This document shows positions 16,945 to 26,058 of a stretch of DNA of 64,000 nucleotides, piece by piece. Numbering within the stretch: the stretch's first letter is position 1; every line of letters begins with the position of its first letter. The notes beneath the pieces are model-generated. The model was not told where the DNA came from. It saw only the letters and a program-made list of their open reading frames with translations, and searched no databases. Origin of the DNA: Actinomycetota bacterium (GTDB lineage Bacteria; Actinomycetota; Acidimicrobiia; Acidimicrobiales; CADCSY01); assembly GCA_016781135.1 (NCBI GenBank), contig JADDQY010000078.1, positions 246 through 64,245 of the forward strand. The letters run 5' to 3'. The translations under genes were made by a program, and so were the position numbers.

Positions 16945-18174
16945 GTGAGGACGGAGGTCGGATCCTCCCAACCGCCGAGAGGGGCATCGTTGCTGGCGTT
17001 CACGTTTCCAGGGCAGGGGTCGCAGCGTCCGGGCATGGGTCGGCCCTGGATCGACCACGACTCGTGGGCTGTGGTCGACGAAGCGTCGGACATCCTGCAG
17101 CTCGATCTGGCTCACCTGCTCCTCGACGCTGGCGCCGACGAGCTCACCGCCACCGCCAACGCCCAGCTCGCGACCTTCGTCACCAGCTTGATGGTGCTCG
17201 ACGCCTTGCGCCGAGCAGGCGTGGCTCCAGCCGCCTACGCCGGGCACAGCCTGGGCGAGTACACGGCGCTGACCGCCGCCGGCGGCCTGTCGTTCACCGA
17301 CGGGCTGCGCCTGGTGCAGGCCCGCGGCCAGGGCATGCAGGCGGCGGCGGCCGCCCACCCGGGAACCATGGTCGCCGTGCTCGGCCTCGACGACGACGGT
17401 GCCGAGCAGGCGTGCCGGCAGGCCGGCGGCGAGGTGTGGGTGGCCAACCTCAACGCGCCCGGGCAGGTGGTGCTCTCCGGCGCCCGAGAAGCGGTCGACG
17501 CTGCCGCCGCCGCCGCACGCCACCTCGGAGCCCGCCGAGTCCTGCCCATCCCGGTCAGCGGCGCCTTCCACACGCCCCTCATGGCCTCCGCTGGCGAGGC
17601 GCTGGCAGCGGCCCTGGAGGCGACGACCCTGCGGGCGCCGAGGATCTCCGTGGTCGCCAACGTCGATGCCTGCCCCCACCACGAGCCCGACGAGTGGTCG
17701 GAGCTGCTGCTCACCCAGCTCTGTCGCCCCGTGCTCTGGCGCCAGACGCTCACCCGCCTGGCCGACGACGGGGCCTCCAGGTTCGTGGAGGTGGGCGCCG
17801 GCGGCGTGCTCAGCGGGCTGGCCCGACGCACCCTGCCCCAAGCCGTGGCGACGTCGATCGGCACTCCCGAGGAGGTTGATGTGTTCGCCGCCGCCCTTCC
17901 CCCCGTGCACCCTCACCCGCCGACCTCGCCCGAGGGTGAGCACCTGCACATGGCCGAGCGCCTGGTGGTGAGCCCGGCGGCGGGCGTCTTCCAGCCGTCG
18001 GAGCGCTGGCGGGAGAACCTCGCCGGCAGCCGGGTCGAGGTGGGCGAGGTGCTGGGCAAGGTCGGCGACGAGGAGATCCGGTCGCGCTTTGCCGGGGTCG
18101 TCATGGGGATCATCGCCCAAGACGGCGAACAACTGCTGCCCAGCCAACCGATCGCTTGGCTGCGGACCGCGTGA
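16945..18174 (+). CDS. fabD: malonyl-CoA:ACP transacylase with a C-terminal biotinyl/lipoyl-like domain
   Basis: FTFPGQGSQ, GHSLGEY and VSGAFHTPLM motifs. About 75 extra C-terminal residues (17950-18171). The start could be TTG 16990 instead of GTG 16945. Confidence 0.9.
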   Translation: MRTEVGSSQPPRGASLLAFTFPGQGSQRPGMGRPWIDHDSWAVVDEASDILQLDLAHLLLDAGADELTATANAQLATFVTSLMVLDALRRAGVAPAAYAGHSLGEYTALTAAGGLSFTDGLRLVQARGQGMQAAAAAHPGTMVAVLGLDDDGAEQACRQAGGEVWVANLNAPGQVVLSGAREAVDAAAAAARHLGARRVLPIPVSGAFHTPLMASAGEALAAALEATTLRAPRISVVANVDACPHHEPDEWSELLLTQLCRPVLWRQTLTRLADDGASRFVEVGAGGVLSGLARRTLPQAVATSIGTPEEVDVFAAALPPVHPHPPTSPEGEHLHMAERLVVSPAAGVFQPSERWRENLAGSRVEVGEVLGKVGDEEIRSRFAGVVMGIIAQDGEQLLPSQPIAWLRTA

Positions 18175-19139
18175 GCGAGCGCAGCGGAGCCGGCGGGTCG
18201 CACCTGGGCCGGACGTCGGGGGTTGCGGTGGTCGGCTGGGGCGTCGCCCTGCCCGACACCGCCGTCACCAACGCCGACCTCGAAGCCCGTCTGGACACCA
18301 GCGACCGCTGGATCACCGAGCGCACCGGCATCCGGGAGCGGCGCATCGGCGGTACCACCGGGCAGCTGGCCGCCGCCGCTGCCCGCCAGGCCCTCATCGC
18401 CGCCGACGCCAGCCCGGGGTCGGTCGAGCTGCTGGTGCTGGCGACCTCCACACCCGACCAGCAGATCCCCGCCACCGCTTCGGCCGTGCAGGATGCCCTC
18501 GGCTTGAGCTGCGGTGCCTTCGACGTCAATGCCGCCTGCTCGGGCTTCGTCTACGCCCTGGTGGCGGGCGCGGGCACGGCCGGTGTGGGCGCCCGGCGGG
18601 TGCTGGTCGTGGGTGCCGACGTGATGAGCCGCATCACCGACCAGGGCGACCGCAGCACCGCAGTGTTGTTCGGCGATGGTGCCGGGGCAGTGGTCCTCGA
18701 CGCCGTCGAGGGTCCAGGCCAGCTGCTCGGGTGGGACCTCGGGTCCGACGGGAGCCTGCGTCACCTTCTGCAGGCCGACGTGGGGGGCTACATCCGCATG
18801 GAGGGCAAGGAGGTGTTCCGGCGGGCGGTGCGCGTGATGGTCGACTCGGCGGAAGCGGCCATGGCCCGAGCCGGCCTCACCCTCGCCGACGTCGACCTCC
18901 TCGTGCCCCATCAGGCCAACACCCGCATCATCACCGCCGCCTGCGAGCGTCTGGGCATACCCATGGAGCGCACCGCGATGGTCCTCGACCGCACCGGCAA
19001 CACCTCGGCGGCCTCGATCCCCCTGGCCCTCGGCGACGCCGCCCAGTCGGGCATGCTGGCCAAGGGGGACGTCGTGCTGCTGGTCGGCTTCGGCGCCGGG
19101 ATGTCGTGGGCCAGTGCCGTCCTACGATGGGGTCCGTGA
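18171..19139 (+). CDS. fabH: 3-oxoacyl-ACP synthase III
   Basis: GTGA overlap with fabD. Catalytic NAACSGFVYAL, HQAN and GNTSAASIP. Confidence 0.93.
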   Translation: MSERSGAGGSHLGRTSGVAVVGWGVALPDTAVTNADLEARLDTSDRWITERTGIRERRIGGTTGQLAAAAARQALIAADASPGSVELLVLATSTPDQQIPATASAVQDALGLSCGAFDVNAACSGFVYALVAGAGTAGVGARRVLVVGADVMSRITDQGDRSTAVLFGDGAGAVVLDAVEGPGQLLGWDLGSDGSLRHLLQADVGGYIRMEGKEVFRRAVRVMVDSAEAAMARAGLTLADVDLLVPHQANTRIITAACERLGIPMERTAMVLDRTGNTSAASIPLALGDAAQSGMLAKGDVVLLVGFGAGMSWASAVLRWGP

Positions 19140-19876
19140 CCGACCCTGCCGCCCCCGAAGGAGCCGGGGACGGGCGGGTCGTCCTCGTCACCGGGGGCAA
19201 CCGAGGCATCGGCCTCGCCTGCGCTCGCCGCTTCGCCAGCCTCGGCGACCGGGTGGCGGTCACCTACCGCTCGAAGCCCTTCGAGGACGACCGCTTCTTC
19301 AGCGTGCGCTGCGACGTCACCTCCTCCAAGGAGGTCGACGCCGCCTTCACCGAGATCGAACAGCGCTGGGGCCCGGTCGAGGTGCTCGTGTCCAACGCCG
19401 GCATGACCCGCGATGGGCTGCTCATGCGCATGAGCGAGGAGGCCTTCACCGAGGTCGTCGACACCAACCTGGTCGGTGCCTACCGGGTGGCCCGGCGAGC
19501 AACGGGCGCCATGCTGCGGGCGCGTCGGGGTCGGATGATCTTCGTCTCGTCGGTGGTGGCGCTGACCGGTGCTGCCGGGCAGGTCAACTACGCCGCCTCC
19601 AAGGCCGGCCTGGTCGGGTTGGCCCGGTCGCTCGCCCGGGAGCTGGGGTCGCGGGGCATCACCGTCAACGTGGTGAGCCCGGGCCCGGTCGAGACCGACA
19701 TGACCGCCGTGCTCAGCGACGCCCGCCAAGCCGAGCTGCTCGCCGCCGTGCCACTGGGACGCTTCGCCGCTCCCGCCGAGGTGGCGGCCACCATCAGCTT
19801 CCTGGCCTCCCCCGAGGCGTCCTACGTCACCGGCGCGGTGCTCCCCGTCGACGGCGGCCTCGGGATGGGTCACTGA
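19127..19876 (+). CDS. fabG: 3-oxoacyl-ACP reductase (SDR)
   Basis: [12 protein letters not shown], and YAASKAG motifs. Start is ATG 19127 or GTG 19136 (GTGA overlap with fabH). Confidence 0.88.
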   Translation: MGSVTDPAAPEGAGDGRVVLVTGGNRGIGLACARRFASLGDRVAVTYRSKPFEDDRFFSVRCDVTSSKEVDAAFTEIEQRWGPVEVLVSNAGMTRDGLLMRMSEEAFTEVVDTNLVGAYRVARRATGAMLRARRGRMIFVSSVVALTGAAGQVNYAASKAGLVGLARSLARELGSRGITVNVVSPGPVETDMTAVLSDARQAELLAAVPLGRFAAPAEVAATISFLASPEASYVTGAVLPVDGGLGMGH

Positions 19877-19919
19877 CCACCGTCGCTACGATCGTCAATG
19901 CCGAGCCAAGGAGAGCCTC

Positions 19920-20159
19920 ATGGCCGATGACCACTTCGAGACGTTCCGAGAGTGCACCGTGGAGGTGCTCCAGGTGTCGCCCGATCAGGTGACCATGGAC
20001 GCCAGCTTCGCCGACGACCTCGACGCCGACAGCCTCGACCTGGTCGAGCTGGTCATGGCGCTGGAGGAGGCCTTCGACATCGAGGTGCCCGAGGAAGACC
20101 TCGAGGGCATCGCCACCGTGGGCCAGGCGTTCAAGATGGTCGAGTCGAAGCTGGCATGA
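19920..20159 (+). CDS. acpP: acyl carrier protein
   Basis: 79 aa with [20 protein letters not shown] (phosphopantetheine Ser motif). Confidence 0.95.
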   Translation: MADDHFETFRECTVEVLQVSPDQVTMDASFADDLDADSLDLVELVMALEEAFDIEVPEEDLEGIATVGQAFKMVESKLA

Positions 20160-20208
20160 ACCCGGTGCTGTCGCCGATGCTCTCCTTGCTCGTCTGCCGG
20201 GACCCCTC

Positions 20209-21384
20209 ATGAGGGGCCGGCGTGTCGCCGTGACCGGTCTCGGCGTCGTCGCCTCGTGCGGCATGGGCGCCGACGCCTTCTGGGACGGCCTGCTCACCGC
20301 CCCGCCTTCAGGGCCGCGACGGATCGACGACTTCGACCCGGGGACGTGGTTCACCACGAAGGAGGCCCGGCGCATCGACCGCTTCGCCCAGTTCGCCGTC
20401 GCCGCCGCGGCCATGGCCCTCGACGACGCCGGGCCCGTCGGCGCCGACCCCGACCGCAGTGGGGTGATCATCGGCAGCGGGGTCGGCGGCCTGGAAACCC
20501 TTGAGCAGCAGATCGTCATCTGCCACACCAAGGGCCCCGACCGGGTGTCGCCGTTCCTCGTGCCGATGATGATGGCCAACCGGGGGGCGGCCAGCGTCTC
20601 CATGCGGTTCGGGTGGCGCGGCCCGTGCGAGACACCGGTCACGGCGTGCGCTGCCGGTACCCACGCCATCGGCAACGCCGCCCGGCTGGTGGCGTCGGGG
20701 GCGCTCGACGCCGTCCTCACCGGAGGGTCCGAGGCCGCCCTTACGCCCACCGGCATCGCCGGGTTCACCAACATGACCGCCCTGTCGACCTCCGGCATCT
20801 CCCGCCCCTTCGACGCCCGCCGTGACGGCTTCGTCATCGCCGAGGGGGGCGCCGTGCTGGTGCTGGAGGCGCTCGACGCCGCCCGAGCCCGGGGGGCCCG
20901 CATCTACGGGGAGGTCCTGGGAGCGGCCAGCACCGCCGACGCCTACCACATCACCGCCCCCGAGCCCGATGGCGGCGGAGCCGTTCGGTGCATGGAGCTG
21001 GCGCTGGCCGACGCCGAGGTGGCGGCGGCCGACATCCGCCAGATCAACGGGCACGGTACGGCCACGCCCCTCAACGATGCCGCCGAGGCGGCGGCGATCG
21101 CCAAGGTGTTCGGGGTCCCCGGGCCGCCGGTCACCTCCACCAAGGGAGTGACCGGACACGCCCTCGGAGCGGCAGGAGCCCTCGAGGCGGTGGCAGTGCT
21201 GCTGTCGATCGACCGCCGGCTCATCCCTCCCACCGCCGGCCTCGAGCACCCCGACCCGGAGGTGACCATCGACATCGTCCAGGGCCCGCCCCGCCCCTGG
21301 GAGCCGGGGCCCACCCTGTCGAACAGCTTCGGCTTTGGCGGCCACAACGGCTGCCTGGTGCTGGCTCCGGTGACCGACGACTGA
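20209..21384 (+). CDS. fabF: 3-oxoacyl-ACP synthase II
   Basis: Active-site VTACAAGTHAIG, NGHGTATPLND, and GHALGAAGALE. Confidence 0.93.
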   Translation: MRGRRVAVTGLGVVASCGMGADAFWDGLLTAPPSGPRRIDDFDPGTWFTTKEARRIDRFAQFAVAAAAMALDDAGPVGADPDRSGVIIGSGVGGLETLEQQIVICHTKGPDRVSPFLVPMMMANRGAASVSMRFGWRGPCETPVTACAAGTHAIGNAARLVASGALDAVLTGGSEAALTPTGIAGFTNMTALSTSGISRPFDARRDGFVIAEGGAVLVLEALDAARARGARIYGEVLGAASTADAYHITAPEPDGGGAVRCMELALADAEVAAADIRQINGHGTATPLNDAAEAAAIAKVFGVPGPPVTSTKGVTGHALGAAGALEAVAVLLSIDRRLIPPTAGLEHPDPEVTIDIVQGPPRPWEPGPTLSNSFGFGGHNGCLVLAPVTDD

Positions 21385-21455
21385 CCCGTCGACCGCGCCC
21401 GGGGCCACCCTGGCGTCGAACGGAGCCGCGCCCTGGCTGGCCCCCGCCGATGACG

Positions 21456-21878
21456 TCAGCAGTCGGGGACGATCACGAACAGCAGGCCGACCTGGCAGGC
21501 CAGCGTGCCGTTCACCGAGGCGCGCCCGGTGCCCTTGCCCGCCCGAGCCGAGAGCCGGCCGAGCTCGACCTCCAGGACGAGGGAGTCGCCCGGTTCGACC
21601 TGGCGCCGGAAGCGGGCGTCGTCGATCCCCCCGAAGAGCGGCAGCTTGCCGGCGAAGCGGTCGTCGGCCAGCACGGCACACGCCCCCACCTGGGCCAGCG
21701 CCTCCACCATCAACACGCCGGGCAAGGTGGGGCGGCCGGGGAAGTGGCCGGCGAAGAACGGTTCGTCGCCGGTGAGCCGCCACACGCCGCGGGCGGAGCG
21801 GCCGGGCTCGAGGGCGTCGATCTCGTCGACCAGCAGGAACGGAGGGCGGTGGGGCAGCCACTCGGTGGGTGCGGTCAC
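21456..21878 (-). CDS. fabZ: 3-hydroxyacyl-ACP dehydratase
   Basis: LPHRPPFLLVDEI and GHFPGRPTLPGVLMVEALAQ hot-dog motifs. Confidence 0.93.
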   Translation of the reverse strand: MTAPTEWLPHRPPFLLVDEIDALEPGRSARGVWRLTGDEPFFAGHFPGRPTLPGVLMVEALAQVGACAVLADDRFAGKLPLFGGIDDARFRRQVEPGDSLVLEVELGRLSARAGKGTGRASVNGTLACQVGLLFVIVPDC

Positions 21879-22330
21879 GACCGGTCCAGGGCTCGGCGGA
21901 CGAACGTGGCCGTGTCCTTGGGCGAGATCTTGTACCAGGCCTCCGCCACCTTGCCCTTCTCGTCGACGAGGAAGGCCGACCGGATGATCCCCTCGTAGGT
22001 GCGCCCGTACATGCGCTTCTCACCCCAGACGCCGTACTTGTCGGCCACGGCGTGGTCGGGGTCGGACAGCAGCGGGTACCCGAGCCCAAACTTCTCGTCG
22101 AACGTCGCCTGCTTGGCCGGCAGGTCGGGGCTGATGCCCAGCACGACCGCCGACCCGAGCTCGGGGAGGGCGTCACGCAGCCCGCAGGCCTGCGTCGTGC
22201 ACCCCGGGGTGTCCGCCTTCGGGTAGAAGAACAGCACGACCTTGGCGCCCCTGTGGTCGCTCAGGCGTACCTTGTTCCCGTGCTGGTCGGGCAGGGTGAA
22301 CGCCGGCGCCAGGTCCCCCGGCTTCAGCAT
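21875..22330 (-). CDS. bcp: peroxiredoxin Bcp (thiol peroxidase)
   Basis: ATG 22330. VVLFFYPKADTPGCTTQAC peroxidatic Cys motif. Its stop overlaps the fabZ start by 4 nt. Confidence 0.92.
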   Translation of the reverse strand: MLKPGDLAPAFTLPDQHGNKVRLSDHRGAKVVLFFYPKADTPGCTTQACGLRDALPELGSAVVLGISPDLPAKQATFDEKFGLGYPLLSDPDHAVADKYGVWGEKRMYGRTYEGIIRSAFLVDEKGKVAEAWYKISPKDTATFVRRALDRS

Positions 22331-22371
22331 GGACGGGGAACCTAGCGCAGGCAACCGCCGCTCTGAAGCCG

Positions 22372-24807
22372 CTACGGGCTGCGCGGGGGGTCGTCGCTGC
22401 GGTCGGCCTCGACCAGCACGCCCCATTCCCCCCTGGGCGGCCCACCGGTGAAGACGGGGAGGGGCGCAGCCACCTTGCTGTGACCCCGGTGAGCAGCGCT
22501 GGCGAGCTCGTGGTATCGCTCCGCTTGCTCGGCGAACTCGGGGGTGCGGTAGACCCGGCCGTCCACCACTGGACCCTGGCGGCCCTCCAGCACGGCGACC
22601 ACGTCCTCGCCCGACAAGGTCTTGTAGGTCTCGAGCGCATGGGCGACGGCCAGCACGTCCAACCGGTTCTCGACGAGCACCACCTCGGTGCGGGCGAGCA
22701 GCTCGGCCAGCTTCTCCTCGATGCGCTCGCCAAGGCCGCCCTTGAGCAGGTCGCGCTCGTGATCCTCGACCCCGGGCTTGCCCCCGCCGCCGCCGATGCC
22801 GACCTTGTGGGTGACCCCGTGGGACGCCACCGTCGAGCCCATGCCCCAGTAGCCCTCCATCAACGTGGCCACGGTGGTGGCGCTCTCGAGGTCGCCCGAG
22901 ACCCCCGAGGAGTTGTCGCCGTCGAAGAACAGGCGCTCGCCGGCGAGGGAGGCCAGGGCGACCATGATGTCGGCCTCGTACTCCGATCGCCAGTGGGTGA
23001 ACTGGTCCTCGGGCTTGATCGAGCTGACCATGCCCAGGTAGGTGCCGCCCTTCTCGATCGTGGCCAGGTCGATGGTGAGGTGGTGGCGAACCCGGTAGGC
23101 CACCACCGCATGGCACGCCTCGTGGACGGCCACCGCGTGGCGCTCCCGCTCGATGTACTCGACGTCCTCGGGAGGCCCGAGCTCCTTGAGCTGCTTCGAC
23201 TTGAGCACGTCGGGCCAGGTGATCACCTCGCGCCCGTTGCGGATGGCGGTGATGAGCGCTTCGTTGACCAGGTCCTTGATGGTGGCTCCGGTGGCGTAGG
23301 GCGTGATCGTGGCCAACTTGTCGATCTGGTCGTCGGTGAGCTCGTGGGCCACCTTGTCGAAGTAGCCGAGGTAGGTCCGCTTGCGGCCCTCCTTGGAGGG
23401 GTAGCCCACCTTGTAGATCCGGTCGATGCGCCCGGGCCGGAGCATGGCCTCGTCGAGGGCCTCGGGCATGTTGGTCGCCATCATCACCAGGATCCGGTAC
23501 TTGGGCGGCGGCTTCGGGCTGAGGCCCAGCCAGCGCCGGCCGATCCGGTTGAGGAAGCCCCGGGGCTTCTTCAGCCCCGACAGCTCGGTGAGCAGGGCCT
23601 GCAGTGTCCCGCTCCCGCCGCCGCCCATCCCCATGATCATCCGGTCGCGGATGCGGCCGGGTTCGTCGTGGGCGGCAGAGGGCGCCAGCCCGTGGCGGAG
23701 GACCTCGGCCTGGACGGCGGGCGAGAGCCAGCGCAGGTGGGCGCCGTCACCCGGCCGGGTCGACCAGGCGCTGGCGCCGGCCTGGCCCCCCGGGGCTCCG
23801 GCGAGGGACCCCCGGTTGCCGAGCGAATCGGCCTCGTCGAAGAACACGATGACCCCGCCGTAGCGCACCGCCAGCTTGCGGAGCTTTCGGAACAGGCTCT
23901 TGACCTTGAGGATGCCCACGCCCATGAACATGTTGATGAACGCGCCGGGGTCGACGAACACGAACGGCTTGCCCGTCTCGCCGGCCACCGCCTCGGCCAT
24001 GAGCGTCTTGCCCGTGCCCGGAGGGCCCCACAACAGGATGCCGCCGGGCACGTAGCCGCCCCGCTCCTCGATGCGCTCCGGGGCCTCGAGGAACACCATG
24101 TTCTCCTTGACCCGGTCGACCACCGGATCCTGGCCCCACACGTCGCTGAAGCGGGTCTTGATGTCGTCGGGGAAGTAGACGTCGATCCCGCCCTTGGAGA
24201 GGAACCAGAACAACCCGATGAACTGGAACATCACGAAGAAGAACCCGAACGCCAGCTGCAGGATGAGCGGCAGCACCACGAAGGCCCGGGCCGGGAGCTC
24301 GAACAGCGCCGTGGCCGGGTCGACGTCGAACAGGGCACCGAGCACCACGCTGAGCAGCGCCAGGAACGCCAGGGCCTTGAGGGCCCGGGCGACCCGGAAG
24401 CGGTTCCAGTCGTTCATGCGCCCGACTCGGCGGTCGAAGCGCCCGAAGACCCCCTGGGACCACGCCCGGTGGTAGGTAGCGGAGTGCTCGCTGACGAAGT
24501 AGTGGAGCTGGCGCAGTAGCTCCACACCCATCAACGCCAACACCCACCACTTGGCCGCCACGACCTGGTTGACGGCGTCTTCGAAGGGGACCAACGGGTT
24601 GTCGGCCATGGCCGACCAGATGAAGAACAAGAAGAGCAAGGCCAGCAGCAGGAGGAACTTCGCCCGGTCCCACAGGGCCATGGGCTTGCGGGTCAGCCGC
24701 TCGCCCCGCTCGGCCGCCTCGTGGTCAGACGGGGGCTGGGGCCCGGTGTCGTGGTCGGGCCAGGCCAAGGCGCCGGGCTGGGTCGGGCCGTCGGAGGGGT
24801 TGGTCAT
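22372..24807 (-). CDS. divergent FtsH-family AAA+ zinc metalloprotease
   Basis: Walker A GPPGTGKT, Walker B VIVFFDEAD, LRPGRIDR, M41 HEACHAVVA and GDLESAT. At least four N-terminal hydrophobic segments and long inserts in the AAA module. Start ATG 24807, with an in-frame alternative at 24870. Confidence 0.88.
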   Translation of the reverse strand: MTNPSDGPTQPGALAWPDHDTGPQPPSDHEAAERGERLTRKPMALWDRAKFLLLLALLFLFFIWSAMADNPLVPFEDAVNQVVAAKWWVLALMGVELLRQLHYFVSEHSATYHRAWSQGVFGRFDRRVGRMNDWNRFRVARALKALAFLALLSVVLGALFDVDPATALFELPARAFVVLPLILQLAFGFFFVMFQFIGLFWFLSKGGIDVYFPDDIKTRFSDVWGQDPVVDRVKENMVFLEAPERIEERGGYVPGGILLWGPPGTGKTLMAEAVAGETGKPFVFVDPGAFINMFMGVGILKVKSLFRKLRKLAVRYGGVIVFFDEADSLGNRGSLAGAPGGQAGASAWSTRPGDGAHLRWLSPAVQAEVLRHGLAPSAAHDEPGRIRDRMIMGMGGGGSGTLQALLTELSGLKKPRGFLNRIGRRWLGLSPKPPPKYRILVMMATNMPEALDEAMLRPGRIDRIYKVGYPSKEGRKRTYLGYFDKVAHELTDDQIDKLATITPYATGATIKDLVNEALITAIRNGREVITWPDVLKSKQLKELGPPEDVEYIERERHAVAVHEACHAVVAYRVRHHLTIDLATIEKGGTYLGMVSSIKPEDQFTHWRSEYEADIMVALASLAGERLFFDGDNSSGVSGDLESATTVATLMEGYWGMGSTVASHGVTHKVGIGGGGGKPGVEDHERDLLKGGLGERIEEKLAELLARTEVVLVENRLDVLAVAHALETYKTLSGEDVVAVLEGRQGPVVDGRVYRTPEFAEQAERYHELASAAHRGHSKVAAPLPVFTGGPPRGEWGVLVEADRSDDPPRSP

Positions 24808-24808
24808 G

Positions 24809-25468
24809 TCACTCTTCCTCGATAGTCCATGAGGCGGCGATCTCGTTGATCGTGTCTCGATGCTCGACATAGCACTGGCGGGAACAACCGATGACGAACA
24901 GGTACAGGATACGGTTCGAGCTGTCGACGAGTGCGGTCTGGTCGATGATGGCGATCTCCCCCGACGGGGTGTCGAAGGCCACGGTCATCCGGACGCCGTG
25001 CTGGCCGCCGGGGAAGCTCACGTCCTCCTCCGACAGAACCTCGACGGGGCCCTGGGGATCCTCCCGGCTGACCTGCACGGGGTCGAACCCGAGATGGGCG
25101 GAACGCAGGGACGCGAGGTCGATCGAATCGCGCTCGGCCTCGGTCAACAGCTGGATGCGGGCCACACCGTGGGGATCGGGTGTGGCGTTGAGGAACAGGT
25201 TGGCCAGCGACGGCTCCTCGCTTCCGTCGAAGCCCCGCACCCAGGTGGTGGCCAGCTTGCGTTGGCGCTCGAGGGGGTCGAGCTCGATTGCCGGGCTCGA
25301 GAAGAACTGCCGCTCGTCGAACAGCGCCCACTCGTCGTCCACCTTGAAGTAGGCGTTGAAGTCGTCGTTCTTGACGTACTGGAAGCCCGACCCCTGGCAG
25401 GCACCGGCCAGCACGGCAGCGACCACCGCCAGGGCGAGGAGGCGAAGAGCGCGACGGGGCCGGGCCAC
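24809..25468 (-). CDS. hypothetical lipoprotein
   Basis: Signal peptide with lipobox LAGAC. Lower-GC coding region. The stop TGA lies 1 nt before the FtsH-like ATG. Confidence 0.8.
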   Translation of the reverse strand: MARPRRALRLLALAVVAAVLAGACQGSGFQYVKNDDFNAYFKVDDEWALFDERQFFSSPAIELDPLERQRKLATTWVRGFDGSEEPSLANLFLNATPDPHGVARIQLLTEAERDSIDLASLRSAHLGFDPVQVSREDPQGPVEVLSEEDVSFPGGQHGVRMTVAFDTPSGEIAIIDQTALVDSSNRILYLFVIGCSRQCYVEHRDTINEIAASWTIEEE

Positions 25469-25576
25469 GCCCCATTCTCCCTCACCTCCACCCCTCGCGC
25501 ACCACCACCCCTCGTTCGTTGTCGCGTGAGCGGTCGCTGGTGCGGCGTGGGGCGACGAAGGACCGGAGCAGCTCGG

Positions 25577-26005
25577 TCAGACGTAGTCGTCGCCGTCGCC
25601 CATCGGGGGGTCCTCGGTGAGGTGCACGGCCGCCTCCTCGGCGCCGAGCTCCTCGAAGCGCTCGGTGGCCACGTCGCGGGTGGTGGTGTCGCCGGCGGCG
25701 ATGTCGCCGGTCTCGAGATCTCCACGGTCGGGCCCCTCGCCGACGGCTCGGGCCACGGTCTCCTTGGTCAGGTCCAGTTCCTGGCCCGGCTCGGGCTCGA
25801 CCAGCTGGCCCACCGGCTCGTCGGCAGGCACCTGTTCCCAGACCTCGGGCTCCTCGCGCTGCACCCGCTCCTGGAGTGGTTCGTCGGTCTGCTGGCCCCG
25901 CACCGTCAGCTCGTCCTCGAACACCCCGAGGGGCTCGTCCGGGGGGTACTCGGCAGGCAGCTTGTCGTCGTCGAGCAGCTCGGAGAGGTTCGCGTCATCA
26001 GGCAT
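25577..26005 (-). CDS. highly acidic hypothetical protein (DUF5709-like)
   Basis: 142 aa, rich in D/E. The C-terminal EELGAEEAAVH resembles the motif I associate with DUF5709; this was not verified. Confidence 0.6.
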   Translation of the reverse strand: MPDDANLSELLDDDKLPAEYPPDEPLGVFEDELTVRGQQTDEPLQERVQREEPEVWEQVPADEPVGQLVEPEPGQELDLTKETVARAVGEGPDRGDLETGDIAAGDTTTRDVATERFEELGAEEAAVHLTEDPPMGDGDDYV

Positions 26006-26058
26006 GGCCGCTCCCTACCCGGACCTTCACCGTCCCCCACCCTCCGGGCGCCGGGCTG

